Shown here: in pieces, positions 23,621-36,702 of the stretch
Position numbering within the stretch: the first letter of the stretch is position 1
Layout: every line of letters begins with the position of its first letter
From: Sminthopsis crassicaudata
Taxonomy: Eukaryota
Length of the DNA stretch: 64,000 bases
Direction of reading: 5' to 3'
Assembly (NCBI RefSeq): GCF_048593235.1
Contig: NC_133617.1
Coordinates: 400,214,067 to 400,278,066 of the forward strand
Notes under the pieces: generated by a model
Told to the model about the DNA's origin: nothing
Databases searched by the model: none
What the model saw: only the letters and a program-made list of their open reading frames with translations
Made by a program: the position numbers and the translations under genes

Positions 23621-26600
23621 TACAGCTTACAGGAGGATGAAAATAATCTCTCCAGTTACTGGGCAAAAGAGATGAAGCCCCAAACTCTTATGGCCCCTAA
23701 AGGGAAGGAAAATGCCATCCAGAAAACAATTTTTAGAGTTCTAGCTCCGTCATTAAGCTCTGTTATTAATTACCTGTGGCAATTACTTCCTCTTTCTGGG
23801 TCTCAGTTTCTTCTGCTATACATTTGAGCAAAGAAGACCTGCATTCTCTATCTCACAGGATCAAAATCCATTGAGATACTGTATGCGAAAATGCTTACAT
23901 GACTTCCATAAATGAACAAAAACCCCTTTTGTTACTCACAGTCTGATATTCACTTACAACCATAGGCACATGACACATTTTTCATTTGTATTTGTACTTA
24001 GGGAATTGTATTTTACTTTATAAAGTCTAACATTGATTGAATATTAGAATGTAAAGGACAGCTAGGACCCTCAGTGAATTTAAATTCTACTTCAAAAAAA
24101 TTTTAGTTGGTTGACCCTGATCAAGCCACTTATCAAAAGATAGTACCATTTAAGCTCAGTTTGTTTCTCTATAAAATGGGGAGAATAATAGTGGGCAGGT
24201 CAATGTCACACACATATGCCAGTTCTACTGTCTTCTAAAAGTTGATCCCCATTGCCATTTCAGGTGGTCTGGGCATTTGTTTAAACCCTTTTAAGTTAGC
24301 ACTTACAGCTCAGGGTTGTTGTGTGGCCTAAATGAAATAACATGTACAGGACTATGCAAATCTTAAATATAAGTAGTAGGAAGTATTATTTAAATTAAAC
24401 TAATTATTATTCACCAAATTAAAATTTAATTTCTAAAAAATTTAATACAAATTAAATACAGATTTTGGCAAAGGGATCCTTAAATTAAACTTTTCATTTT
24501 ATTCTAAAGTATAGATTATCCTTTTCAGTCTTCTCTTCTTGGCTTCAAACGAAAAGAAAGGGTATATTTCAAATTGGATCATGAAGGACTGGTAGGGAAG
24601 TTAAAAGTTGTGTGTCTTTTTAAAATTTAACATTAAACCATTCTGCCTTTCTTGTCAGTAACAAATAGAGGCCCGGGCTGAAAAACGAAGTGGCCAGAAG
24701 AATGAAAGGAGAAAATAATATCTAGGTGAAGTTTTCTTGAATTTGGCTATTGCCTGATGACCCTGAGAAGCTGTCAGGGAAAAGAGAGAAGGAGGTATAT
24801 CTGAGGCCTGGAGGGATGGCAGATGATCCATCACACTTAGAATCTGGACTCTGCCAGGAAGTTTTATGGGAACAGATAGGGAAGTACCCTGGGGAGGATA
24901 GTCTTGGGCTGTTAGCTACTATAGTCACTAGACATCTTTCCTTCTCCTTCTTGTGTCAAATACTCATGGAAGCAAGGAAGGGGAAGTAAGAAGCAGGAGG
25001 TGTGAAGGACATATCCCCTTTATTCCCCTTGGGCTTCTGATTCTAGATTACTCCATGTGAAAAAGCAGCTGAACACACCCAGCATAGTCAATACTCAGAC
25101 CTAAGTATATATCAGTTATTCATTAGCCTTCTGTTGTAGGAGGGGAAGGTAGGTTCAATCTTTCATGGACTCTGAGATCCAAAGTACTTCAATTTCCTGG
25201 TGGAGGGTCTGACTCTCTATGGCCAACAAGGTAACCTTAGTGGAAGTTACCATAGACTCCTCCTATCAAATCTGAAGTGTCCCTGGGAGGCAAGTAGGCA
25301 AGTCCTGTATGTTCCTTGGAGAGGCTTCTGGGAGAGCAGCAGTTTGTACATGGCCCTCCCTTCCTCCTGGCCAAAAAACCCCAAACCCATCATCTGCTTA
25401 GAGATAGCTTTCTGCTAGCTGTAGCAGATGCCTTGAATTTGGCCTGTTTATGGCCTAACACACTCTCACTTTGGTATGGTACTTTTTACAGTTTTCAAAG
25501 CATCTTCACATATTCTTTAAGCCTCCCCATAACCCTCTGAAATAGTTAGGGCAGGACAATGCTGGATGATTTGTGGTTCTTCAAGAAATTCTTATAGTAG
25601 TTCTTCATTTTTGTTGTTAATTCACAGCAGGTTATGTCAGATTCTATCTATTCATAATTTAGCATTTCAACTATTTCATCTCCTGTAGCACAGCGAATCT
25701 GGGAGAGTGCATGTAGGAATCACAGAATCTGGGAACTGGAAGAAAACTTAGAAATTATTTAACTTAACCCCTTTTATTTTGTACTTGAAGAAAATGAGTG
25801 CCAGAAATGGAAAGCAACTTGTTCAATAGGTCACAAGTAGCCAGTGGCAAAATCTGGGTCTCTTGGTTCCCTCCTTTAGGGCTCTTGTTCCTTTACAATA
25901 TCCTTATTAAAGTGGCTACTATTCTTATGTCTATTTTTCCTAGATGGGGAAACCAAGGCACAAGCCAACTATGTGACTGACTACAACTAAATGAGGGCAA
26001 AGATGTTTCCTTGTCTTATGCTTCCATAGTTTTGGAGAACAATATCTTGGCAGCTAGCAAAGAAATTAAAAACCCAGGATTTTAACTCAGGATGCTGGAC
26101 TTTCTGAGATGTTATTTTAGACAGCTTGAAGTTGGGATGGGGAGAGGTGATACTTGTAAATATTTGTTTTTCTGCCTATTTCATTTCCATATTTTAATTA
26201 GCAACATATTTCTTCATTACTTAATGCTTTCCTGCCTCAAGCTGAACTCTTAGGTTCATCTTTTCTTCTGACTATCCCTTTAGATTTCCAATAAATTGGC
26301 AAGAAGCAAATTTAACTTTCTTCACAATCAACCAAGTAATTTATATAAATTATTCAGACTCAGCCACCAAATATATTATTTCCTGTGGCTTATCTTACCA
26401 GTTGGAAATATATTCTTATATGAAAGGTTCTGTCCAGTAATAGGTTTACAATGGGCTACACCAAATTCTATCTTTTATGGAATTTGCGTTTTAATTATTG
26501 ATCTTCTGTTGGATGGTAGAGTAGGAAGTACACACTTAGGAACCATTGACCTTTGGAGCTGCAAGGGATCTTAGAGATCATGCTTTAAAAGCCAATTCAA

Positions 26601-27203
26601 ATGATAGTTCTTCCATGAGAAACTTTCCATTGGTCCTTTATGGTAGTACTAACCTTTTCCCTTTGGGTTTCAAAGAATGCTTTGTTTGGACTTTCTTATG
26701 CTCATAACAAATAATTTTATATTAGTTATTTTGCACTGTATAACCTCCTCCTCCTGGACTATAATCTCTATGAGGGCTGGAACTTAGCTCCCCATGACTT
26801 TCCATGCAGAGCATCATTGCTTAATTTAAATCCAGTGCAATACATAGTAGACATTTGGTGAATGATTGTCAAATAGAATTGAATTAGTCTGAATTCTTCT
26901 ATTTTATGTATTTAAAAAAAGACCGGAAGAAGGCACATGCTGCTCATGATCATATAACTATTTAGTGAGAGATGGAGCTTGAATCAAGGTCTTCTGAATC
27001 TTAGTCCATTTCCCTTTGGATGATCTGTCTAAAATCACAACTAGTAACTTTNNNNNNNNNNNNNNNNNNNNNNNNNNNNNNNNNNNNNNNNNNNNNNNNN
27101 NNNNNNNNNNNNNNNNNNNNNNNNNNNNNNNNNNNNNNNNNNNNNNNNNNNNNNNNNNNNNNNNNNNNNNNNNNNNNNNNNNNNNNNNNNNNNNNNNNNN
27201 NNN

Positions 27204-27392
27204 CAGGAGTCTTTAACTTGAGATCTATAAACTTGCTTTCAAATATTTTAACAAGTGGTTGTCAATATAAAATGGTTTCCTTTGTAAAGCTACATATTTC
27301 ATTTATTTAAAAACATTATTCTAGGTTGAGACTTCACCAGACCACTAAAAGTGTTCATGACACACACAAAAAAGAAATGATTAAGAATTTCT
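27204..27392 (+). mobile_element. hAT (Charlie-type) MITE; inverted copy at about 50236-50468
   Basis: caggagtctttaacttg...aatggtttcctttgtaa...ttcatgacaca...ttaagaat; the 50.3-kb segment is the reverse complement of the same pattern. Confidence 0.6.
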
Positions 27393-27617
27393 AATCTTGT
27401 GTATTGCTCCCAGGGAAGAAAACATTCTCTGGGATTTCACATTGTTTCTTACTTGTTGAAACAGAAGGAAATCTATAATGAAGCTTCCAGGTTAAGCAAG
27501 AGCTGAAGAATATTTCATGTTGGGAGTATCAGCACCCTCTAAATTTTCTGTGCTGGGACAAAAATACCAGCTTCCCCATTCTAGTCATAACGCTGATTAC
27601 ACTGTCTCCTGACTTAC

Positions 27618-27677
27618 CTTCTTTCAAAATCATCATGGAAGCAGCCTCAAAGAGCCACATAGACAACGATCTTAATT
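27618..27677 (-). other. Candidate 60-nt phase 1-1 exon (LRSLSMWLFEAASMMILKE)
   Basis: Consensus donor GAAG|gtaagt; acceptor ttcttgttccttcattaag; one frame open. No homolog recognised. Confidence 0.2.
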
Positions 27678-29899
27678 CTTAATGAAGGAACAAGAACTAG
27701 CCTTGTCAAATTTAGATTGAAAATAGTTTCCTTTGGGTTGGGCCCTAGTGCAATGGATGAGGAGTTTGGTGGTAGTGGGATTAGTATTAAGCTGTGAAGC
27801 CATAGTCAGAAGGAGTTGGGTGTTGCCCCTAATTTTCATTTTCCTGATGAGGGGAAGCTCCTGAGCAGGAAGCCTCATTTGCATGATTTGGAACAAAGCT
27901 GGCTTCTTTACATTGCATCCTTTTGGCATAAATGACACGGGGGAGTAGTTCTATTAAGACATACTTGTGTGACCAAGTCTGAGTCATTCTGAGCTCGGTT
28001 TAAATGAATCAATGGTGTCTTTTTGCTGATCTCTGGTGACAGAAAAATATGATGTTTCCCTCCCGCTTTAACATCCTCCCCCTCTCTCCCTCTTGTTTCC
28101 CTCTCCTCTTCTTTTTTCCAATGTACTATATTACAGGCCCTTGGATCCTTCTCTTCCTTTCTGGGATAGAATATTAGATTGAAAAAAGATATTAAAATAT
28201 AGAAAACAAAAACCAGGTGTGGAAAAGATACCAGAACATAGAACATTAGAGTTAAAAGGTAACACAGAATGCCAAGCCTGAAAAGAGGTCTTAAGAGACT
28301 ATTTTGTGCAACTCCTTTATTTAAAGATGAGGAAGTTGAAGCACAGAAAAGGAAAATAATTGACTTTTACATAGCTATTAAGTAGCACTCAGGTCCAAAA
28401 TTTAGGCCTTCTTATTCCCAATTGAGAGTCTTTCCCTTCTCCTCTCTTTTCTTTCCTCCTTCCCACTTTCTTCTTTCCTTCCTTCTTTTTCTCAACCCTC
28501 TTTTCTTTTTCTCCCTCCTTTTTCTCTTCTTTCCTATTTCTTTTCCTTCCTTTCTTTCCTCTCTTTCCCTTTCACTCTCTCTTTCTTCCTATATATTTTA
28601 TTGGTGATTTGTTTATATTGGTTATTGCAAGATAGTCTTTATCTTTATTTCACCTTAAAATTGAACTCTCTAACAAACAAAAATAAATAAGCAAAAAACA
28701 ACTTACATAGTATCCATATGTGACATTCTGGCCTCATTGTATCCTTTCTCCTCACAAGAGGGAGTTAGGATATGTTATATTATCTATGCTGTGGAACCAT
28801 TATTGGTTTTTAAATTACTCTGAATTACTCTTATCTGTCATTTCTCTGCTCAATAATATTCCATTCCATTCACTTGCCATTATTGGTCGAGGGACAATTC
28901 CAGAGCTCTTTTCACTATATTGACCTGGATCTCTCTTTTGTTTTAGATCCTACATTCTACTTCCAATCCAATATATTCCAGTGGAGCATCTATATCTCTC
29001 TTTCTCTCTATGATGAAAACCCTGTTTTTCACTAATGACATCTGTTATGTGCATAGGAGTTTCACATCTGCACATCAGAAGTTTCCAAAAACATGATACA
29101 CAATCAGTCCACAGGCAAAGAGCCACTTTGCATGTATAATCTGATGTCAGTAAACTCGGCAGGGAGCTAAATAGTTCAGAAGCTATTGTTAGCAGCTGTG
29201 CAGAGGGTTAAAGCCAACCTTTCCTGAATTATTCCTTTGGGAGGGGTGTTGTACCCAGGGCCAATGCTACTTGCAAAGTCAGCTCTTACTTTTGGGGGTA
29301 GCTCTTATCTTTAAGGGTAACACTGATTTGAATCTCCTTTCCCAACTCCTATACCCCCCTGCCATTTACCCAGTCTGGTCCCAATATTAGTTTCTACATC
29401 AAATCAAGGAGAGAAGAAATACAGCTAGGGCTAAGTGCCTAATTATTTGTAGGTTCCAATGAACTAGAGAAGAGAAATGAATCTCTATTGATATTCCAAT
29501 GTAACAAAAACCAAAACCAATACCCAAAACCTCCCATTAGCTGATACTAGAATGAAGGGAGTAGGAGGTGAACAATGGCTCTATTTTCTAATAGGAATCA
29601 TTCAATCAAAATCAATTCACCTTTGTAAACATTTACTAAGCATATGTAAAAGATTGTTCTGGGCTTTGGGGAATATACACATGAAAAACCTCATCATCTC
29701 TACCCTCAAAAAATAGGGTCAATGTCCCCTCAACTTATAAAAAAGTAAACTATTGGAGTTGTAAAGGACTTAGATCTTCTACTTCCATGTCCTACCTAAA
29801 ATGCAAATTCCTACCTTAACATCCCTATCATTGTGTTATATCTCTCTCCTTGAGAAGAAAGACTATAATCTAATGCTTGGCAAATAGGAGAAAATAAAG

Positions 29900-30580
29900 G
29901 TTTGTTAATTAATTGATTGAAAAGGGATCATCCATATGTCTAGTGATATAATATATCCCCAAGACTGCACTCATTCCACTTTTGGATATTTCTGTATCTC
30001 TATACAACTTTTGCATCTCTATATTTTCCATTTACTAGTCTTAATTCTTTCACCGGGCCAAAAAGACTAAGCTTAATCATTCCGCATTAGAACCTCTCAA
30101 GTATTTGAAGAGGGCTATAGTTGTCCAGCATATGAATGAAATTCAGTAAATTAATGTTCTGCATAAAACATGTTATTGAGAACTGAGCATCATACTCCAT
30201 ATATAGTCTAAGACAGACAATATTAGAAATATAAGTACACTTGCTTTGAAGCCTATCTTTATTAATGTAATCTAAGATATCATTAATTTTTTTGCTGTCA
30301 TATTGAACTTGAAGTCCATCAAGACTTAGGTTTTTTCCACACGATCTGCTTACTAGTCATATTCCCTACATCCTATATTTGTGCTATTGATTTTTTGTAT
30401 CATATTGAAAGATTTTACATTTATCCCTCAAATTCTAGAATAGATTTTTGTCCAACATATTAGCTACCTTTCCCATATCATGTTATCTGTACATTTAATA
30501 AGCAAATGTTTTATGGTTTATTCCAAGTCATTGGCAAGAATATTTAACAAAACAGGGCTAAGGATAGAATCCTGCAGCAG
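29900..30580 (-). mobile_element. CR1/L3 LINE relic
   Basis: ttccaagtcattggcaagaatatttaacaaaacagggctaaggatagaatcctg is the reverse complement of the CR1 RT PQGS.LGP region; other CR1 pieces lie at 32030-32365 (+, 3' end) and about 54700-55140 (-). Confidence 0.7.
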
Positions 30581-33500
30581 TCATACAATGTTTTCTAGAA
30601 GTACTCAAAGAGAATCACATGTAACATGAAACTGGAAGGGACCTTTCATATCATGTAAGCCAACCCTCTTATTTTGCAGATATGGAAACCACCACTAGGT
30701 AGTGAGTAGAATGACAGGTAATGATCAACACTTTCTTGACTTTCAGAACAGTATTCTTTCTGTGACAGTATTCTTTTCTGTGTTTAGGGGTTGGGGAAAA
30801 GGGCTAGATAGGAAAAGGCTTTCATTATTTTTCATTGCAAGAAAATAATAATTAAGGACTTGATTGATTTACTGTAAGTCTATATTGTTCCCTATGGTGT
30901 AAGTCAACAAGCTACTTACAAATGTTGGCTAACTATGTGCTCTCTGTAAATTGGATCCATAGAGCAATTGATCCTATAATGGTCCTTCTGAGTCCTGGAA
31001 AAGCATTGAGTACCAGTTTGAGTAGCCCTTAGGGCAACATTCAGAAAACTAAAGAAAGGAATAGAAGCAGCAAGTGAGGAAAGAATTTGTGTCCTAACAG
31101 ATGAAGTTACACATAGTTCTCTGTCTCAGCTCCATTTCCCATGTCTGCTTTGCAAGGTTCATGAGAGATAGACTCCTGAATCCTTGAAGTAGGTTCCTCC
31201 CAACCATCCTGGGAACCAAATGCTTATTTCTCCCTATGAGGTTCAACTTTAACATGTATGAAGCTTCTTTTATGAACACAGCTAGTGATTTAATGGGTGG
31301 AGTGCTGGATCTGGAATCAGGAAGATCTGAGTTCAAATTTGGTTTTAGACATTTATTAGGTGATTGACTTGAGATAAAAAGCTTCATTATTGTCTGCTTC
31401 AGTTTCCTCATCTGTAAAATGAAGAGCAAAATAGCACTTACCTTACAGGATTATTGTAATGATCAAATGAGATAATATCTGTCAAGTGCTTTGTAAACCT
31501 AAATGCCAGCTGTTATTGCCACTACCATAATCATAAATCTTCACAAAGATGCTATGAGGTGAGCAGTGACAGTATTACTGTCTCCATTTTATACATGAGG
31601 AAACTAGAACTCAGAGGAAATTAACTTGTCTGTAAGCCTATAAGAGAAAATCCTGAGCTTGAATTCAGATCTGATTTCTGGATCCATATTTTCTTTCCAA
31701 GTCCATTCAAGAAGCATTTACTAATTGGATATGATTTACAAAGTCCTATGCTGGGAGCTTGGGCGAGAGAGACAAAAACAAGAGTTCCTGCCCTTAGGTA
31801 TCAAAGTACATTGGGAAAGAAACAACCAATATTACCAAAAAAAAAAAAAAAAAAGGCAATTTGAAGAAAAAAAGAGAGAAGGCTAATACCTGGGAAAATT
31901 AGGTGATTGTGCAGATATCAATGGCTAAAGAATTGAGTATTTAAAGAAGACGGGTTTTGGATAAGTGAAATAGTGAAAGGTCTTGAGATCATAGATGATC
32001 ATGGATGAGACTAGATGAATGAACTGGGGAAGTTGAACCTAGACAAAAGAAAATTTAGGGAGACAAGATGATAGTTGTCTTCAAATATTTGAGGGCTGCC
32101 ACTTGAAAAAGGAATTAGACTTGGCCTCAGAGGCCATCATCAGGAGCAGTGAAAGAAAGAAGCAGAGGTAGATTTAAATTTGATGTAAGAGGGAAAAACA
32201 TAGCTTCATCACAACTAGAACTATATAAAAGTAGAATGGAGACATTGCATTTCCCCCTCATTAGAGGTCTTTGGACAGAAAGAAAATTTGGGAGAGGGAT
32301 AAGATTGTTCAGGGGTGAGTTGGATTACATGGCTTTTAAGATTTCTTCCAATTCTGATATTCTGGAAAAGTGGAGATGAGGAGGAAGTGAATTCTAGACA
32401 TAGTGGCCTATGCAAACGAACAGAGGTGGGAAATAATTAGTAGGCTAGTTTTGTTTGGAATGAAGTTCTAGAGTTCATGAAAATAAGTCATATAAAATTA
32501 GTCTCTAAAGACAGGTTGAATTTAGATTGTGTAGCATTTTAAATGGCAGGCTGAAGAATTTCTATTTCACCACAGAGGCAAGAGGGAGCCATTGAAGAGT
32601 TTCAATTAGAAGAATGACATAGTTAAACCTTTACCTTAGAAAGATAATTTTGACAGCTGTATGAAGGATAGATTAGAAAGAGAAGAGCTTGGAAGTGAGG
32701 ATACATTTAGATGGCTGTTGCAATAAAGGATCTGTGATAGGATGGTAACTGTATGACAAGAGAAAAGTGAGTGGATCCAAGTAAACATGAAGATAGAATC
32801 AATAAGACTTGTCCAACTGAGTAGAAACAGGAGTTAGGGAGAGGGAAGAGGCAAGGATATTTGTTGTGTTAACAGACCTTTCCTTTACACTAAACTACTT
32901 CTCCTACAATTGTAGTCCAATCTTTAATGTCACAGCTTTCATCTGAAAGGTTTCCTGAGTTTCTAGCAGGAAGATAAATGTTTTTGAAAAATAGACTAAT
33001 CCTTTGTGCAGAACTTTTCATCAGGTCAGAGGTAGCCCAGGTCATAAGGGCTCAGTTTCTGCTCTGCAGGGGATTTCAGGGATGGGAAATTGAGGGGCAG
33101 AGGAAACATGTCACATCTTTCTCTCTAGCATTCAATTCCATCTCTGTGTCTGTTCATTCTTAATTCTACTGGGATGCTGAGGTACTGATGGCTCGGATTT
33201 GTAAGGTTCTAGCTTGGTTTAGTATATAGAAAGAAAGCTGAATATGCAATCAGGTTTTTTGGAGTTGATTCTTCTTAGTAACTGTAACTGTGGGTAAGTC
33301 TTAGGATCTTAGGATTTAGAGCTGGAAAGGATCTCAGAGGTCATCTAGATGAAATTCTTGATATTATAAATAAGGAGATTGAGACGTAGGTGCTTTGACT
33401 TGCTGAGCATGTATTTATCTAATTGCAAAAACAGAGTTCATAATATTTGTATTGTTACAGGATTATCATGAAGAAAATGCTTTATAAACTTTCAAGTCTA

Positions 33501-34399
33501 CTAAATTGTGAGTAATTATGAGGAAGGAAATATGATAACAAAAAGAATATTGGACAAGGAATCAAAAAACCTGGTTTGAATCTAGCATCTGCCATTTACT
33601 TAATGTTTGACATTGAACAAAGTCACTTCAACTCTCTTATTTTTCTCATAGAAAAATAATATTGTTTGCCTCATGGATATATTGAATAAAGCGCTTTACA
33701 AATTTTAAAGGGCTGTTCACACTTGTTTTTATTTACTTAGTTTTCAGTAGATAGTAGTAGTTTTCTGTGTCTACCTGAATCCTTTGCTTTTAAGACATGT
33801 AACACAGGGGAAAGAGAAAGTTTTTCCACCTCTTGAAGTTTATAGTGAATTCATCTGCCTATGTACTCCTTCCACTTAATTCTTCTCAAACTGAACTTTC
33901 ATTCCCTAGCCTTCTCCCCTACTCCAAAATCGGATCTTCTTTCTGATTTTCCTTTCTATGTCTATGGTACCACCAATCATCCATCCATTGGACATAGTTT
34001 TAAAATGGAAAATAGCTTAGAGCCCATTGAGTCCAACTTTATCATTTCACAGTCAAGGAAATGGAGATCTAGTGGTTTCTAATTAATATTGATAATAAGT
34101 AGCAGAGAAGAAATTTGAGCCCTAGTCTTTTGATTCCAGTTCTATTACTTTTTTTCACTATTACCTATGTCTCAATTAACCTTGAAGTCATTGTTGTCCT
34201 TCTCCCTCTTTTTTGGCTCGATTTAATTCTGTCAACTCTTCCTGAATAATATCTCACATCTTGCTTTCGTTACGATCTCCATTGCTCATCCATGTTGAGA
34301 CTCTTATTACGTCTCACTTGAACTTCTTTAGAAGTTTCTTTTCATGTTTTTCAGTCTTTCCTTTATCCAATCCTTTCCCCACATTCTGTTGTAAGGTTC

Positions 34400-34440
<41 letters not shown>

Positions 34441-34700
34441 GTTACCAATAAAGTCCAACAGGAAGAGAGAGAAATTCCATTTAAAATAACTATAGAAAAT
34501 ATAAATTATTTGGGAGTTTACATGTCAAGACAAAACCAAGAACTATGTGAACAAAATACTTTTTACACAAATGAAGTTAGACATAAACAATTGGACAAAT
34601 ATTCATTGTTCATGGGTAGGCCAAGCCAATATAATAAAAAATGACAATCTACTTAAATTTATCTATTCAGTGCCATGCCAAACTACCAAATAATTATTTT

Positions 34701-35436
34701 TTACACAAGATATATGTTTATTTTATCATATTCACCAAGGATCTGAACTCTGGTTTAATTTATTAAAATATGTAAAAATAATCAATTGAAGTAAGAATTA
34801 GAATATGTTGTAGCATAAAAAGATTATTTTATGTAACCATATATTGTAACCAGAACACCTAGGTTTTACAATATTTCTAAGAAGTTCAAGAAACAAGGAT
34901 GGTCCAGATCCTAGAAGATAAGCAACACAAATCATCTAGATCCAATTCTCTGCTTCTAGTAATCTGAAATATAAATGTAGGTGCTAGAAGCAAAAGTAAA
35001 CATGAAGGTCCCAAAGTTTATAGACTAACTGAAGATAACTAGAATCTTGAGTACATAGTTGGAGTTTAGTAACTACTTTTAAAATTAATTTTAAAGTTTT
35101 CTCCCTGCAGCCATTGTAAGTAGGTCACCATCTAGATAGAGAAAATAATTATGATTGTCTTAACTTCATTTTTTATGGTGAAGCAAAACTCTGATTTATC
35201 AGGTCTATTTACATCTCTTCTTAGGCCTTTTGTAACTTGTTTCCTTTTTTCTTTTTTAAAATAATAGCTTTTATTTTTCCAAATACATGCAAAAACAATT
35301 TTTAACATTCACCTTATAAAACTATGTTCCAAATTTTTCTCCCTCCTTCCCTTTTTTTCTCCCTCTCTTCCCTAGACAGCAAGCAATCTAATATAGGTTA
35401 AACATGTTCAATTCTCTTGAACATGTTTTCATATTC
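34701..35436 (-). mobile_element. Nested TPRT insertion: L1 3' UTR stub (35436 to about 35245) plus about 540 bp of probable 3'-transduced DNA and a short poly(A)
   Basis: 16-bp TSD (14/16 identical) at 34685-34700 and 35437-35452; TTT/AA target; minus-strand AATAAA at 35275-35270 (L1) and at 34722-34717, the latter 14 nt before the A-tail at 34702-34697. Confidence 0.75.
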
Positions 35437-36133
35437 ACCAAAGAATTAGTTTAAGGAACTAGAGAAATAACAATAAAATTCATTTAGAAGACTAACAAGT
35501 CAAAAATATCAAGGGAATCAATAAAAAAAAAAATGTGAAGAAAGTTGACCTAACCATAATTGAGCTCAAACTGAATTATAAAGGAGTAATCATCAAAACA
35601 TTCTGACAGTGGCTAAGGATTAGAGTGATATATCATTGGAATAGATTAGATTTACAGTATGCAGTAGTAAATGATCATGATGATCTAATATTGGATAAGT
35701 GCAAAGATTCAAATTTTTAGGACAAAAATTCACCATTTGACAAGAATTGTTGGGAAAACTAGAAAGCAGTTTGGCAAAAATGAGGTATAGACTAATATCT
35801 CACATCCTAGACCAAGATGAGATAAAAATGGATATATGATTTAGACACAGAGGATGATATCATAAACAAATTAGGGGAGTATGGAATATTAGATTTGTCA
35901 GATCTATGAATAAGGAAAAAATTAATGACCAAACAAGAGATAGAGTTATAGAATATAAAATGGATATTTTGATCACATTGTATTAAAAAGTTTTTGTACA
36001 AGCTTTGTTTGTACAAACAAAACTAATGTAGCCAAGATTAGAAGGAAAACGGGAAAATGGAAAAAAAAATTTATAGCAAGTTTCTTTGATAGAGGCCTCA
36101 TTTCTCAAATATGTGTATGTGTCTTTGTGTGTG

Positions 36134-36142
<9 letters not shown>

Positions 36143-36208
<66 letters not shown>
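36143..36208. repeat. (AG)33 microsatellite inside L1
   Basis: Read directly from the sequence. Confidence 0.95.
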
Positions 36209-36211
<3 letters not shown>

Positions 36212-36611
36212 ACTGAATCAAATTTTTAAAAATAGGAGTCATTTCCCAATTAACAAATGGTCAAAGGATATGAACAGGCAGTTTTCAGAAGAAGAAATCA
36301 AAGCTATCATTACTCTCATGAAAAAAAATGCTTCACATCACTATTGATTAGAGAAATGCAAATTAAAACAACTATAAATTACCACTTCATATCTATCAGA
36401 TTAGTGAATATGACAGAAAAGGAAAATAACAAATGTTGGAAGAGATGTCAAAAAAACAAAAACAAAAACAAACAAACCCTATGACATTAATATACTGTTG
36501 GTAGAGTTGTGAATTGATCCTACTACTCTAGAGCGCAATTTGGAAGTATTTCCAGAAAGCAATCTAGTAATACTATTACTAGACCTGTATCTGGAAGAGA
36601 TAAAAGGAAAA

Positions 36612-36614
<3 letters not shown>

Positions 36615-36696
<82 letters not shown>
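36615..36696. repeat. Compound (TC)15-(TA)25 microsatellite inside L1
   Basis: Read directly from the sequence. Confidence 0.95.

Positions 36697-36702
<6 letters not shown>

Noticed and set aside
31101-31187. Signal-peptide-like short ORF MKLHIVLCLSSISHVCFAR
   Set aside because: Stops after 28 codons, the donor is weak, and no downstream exon is evident.
34401-34438. Pure T38 abutting the 5' end of the old L1, considered as a poly(A)-only insertion or twin-priming product
   Set aside because: No TSD or inverted L1 segment found; simple slippage expansion suffices.
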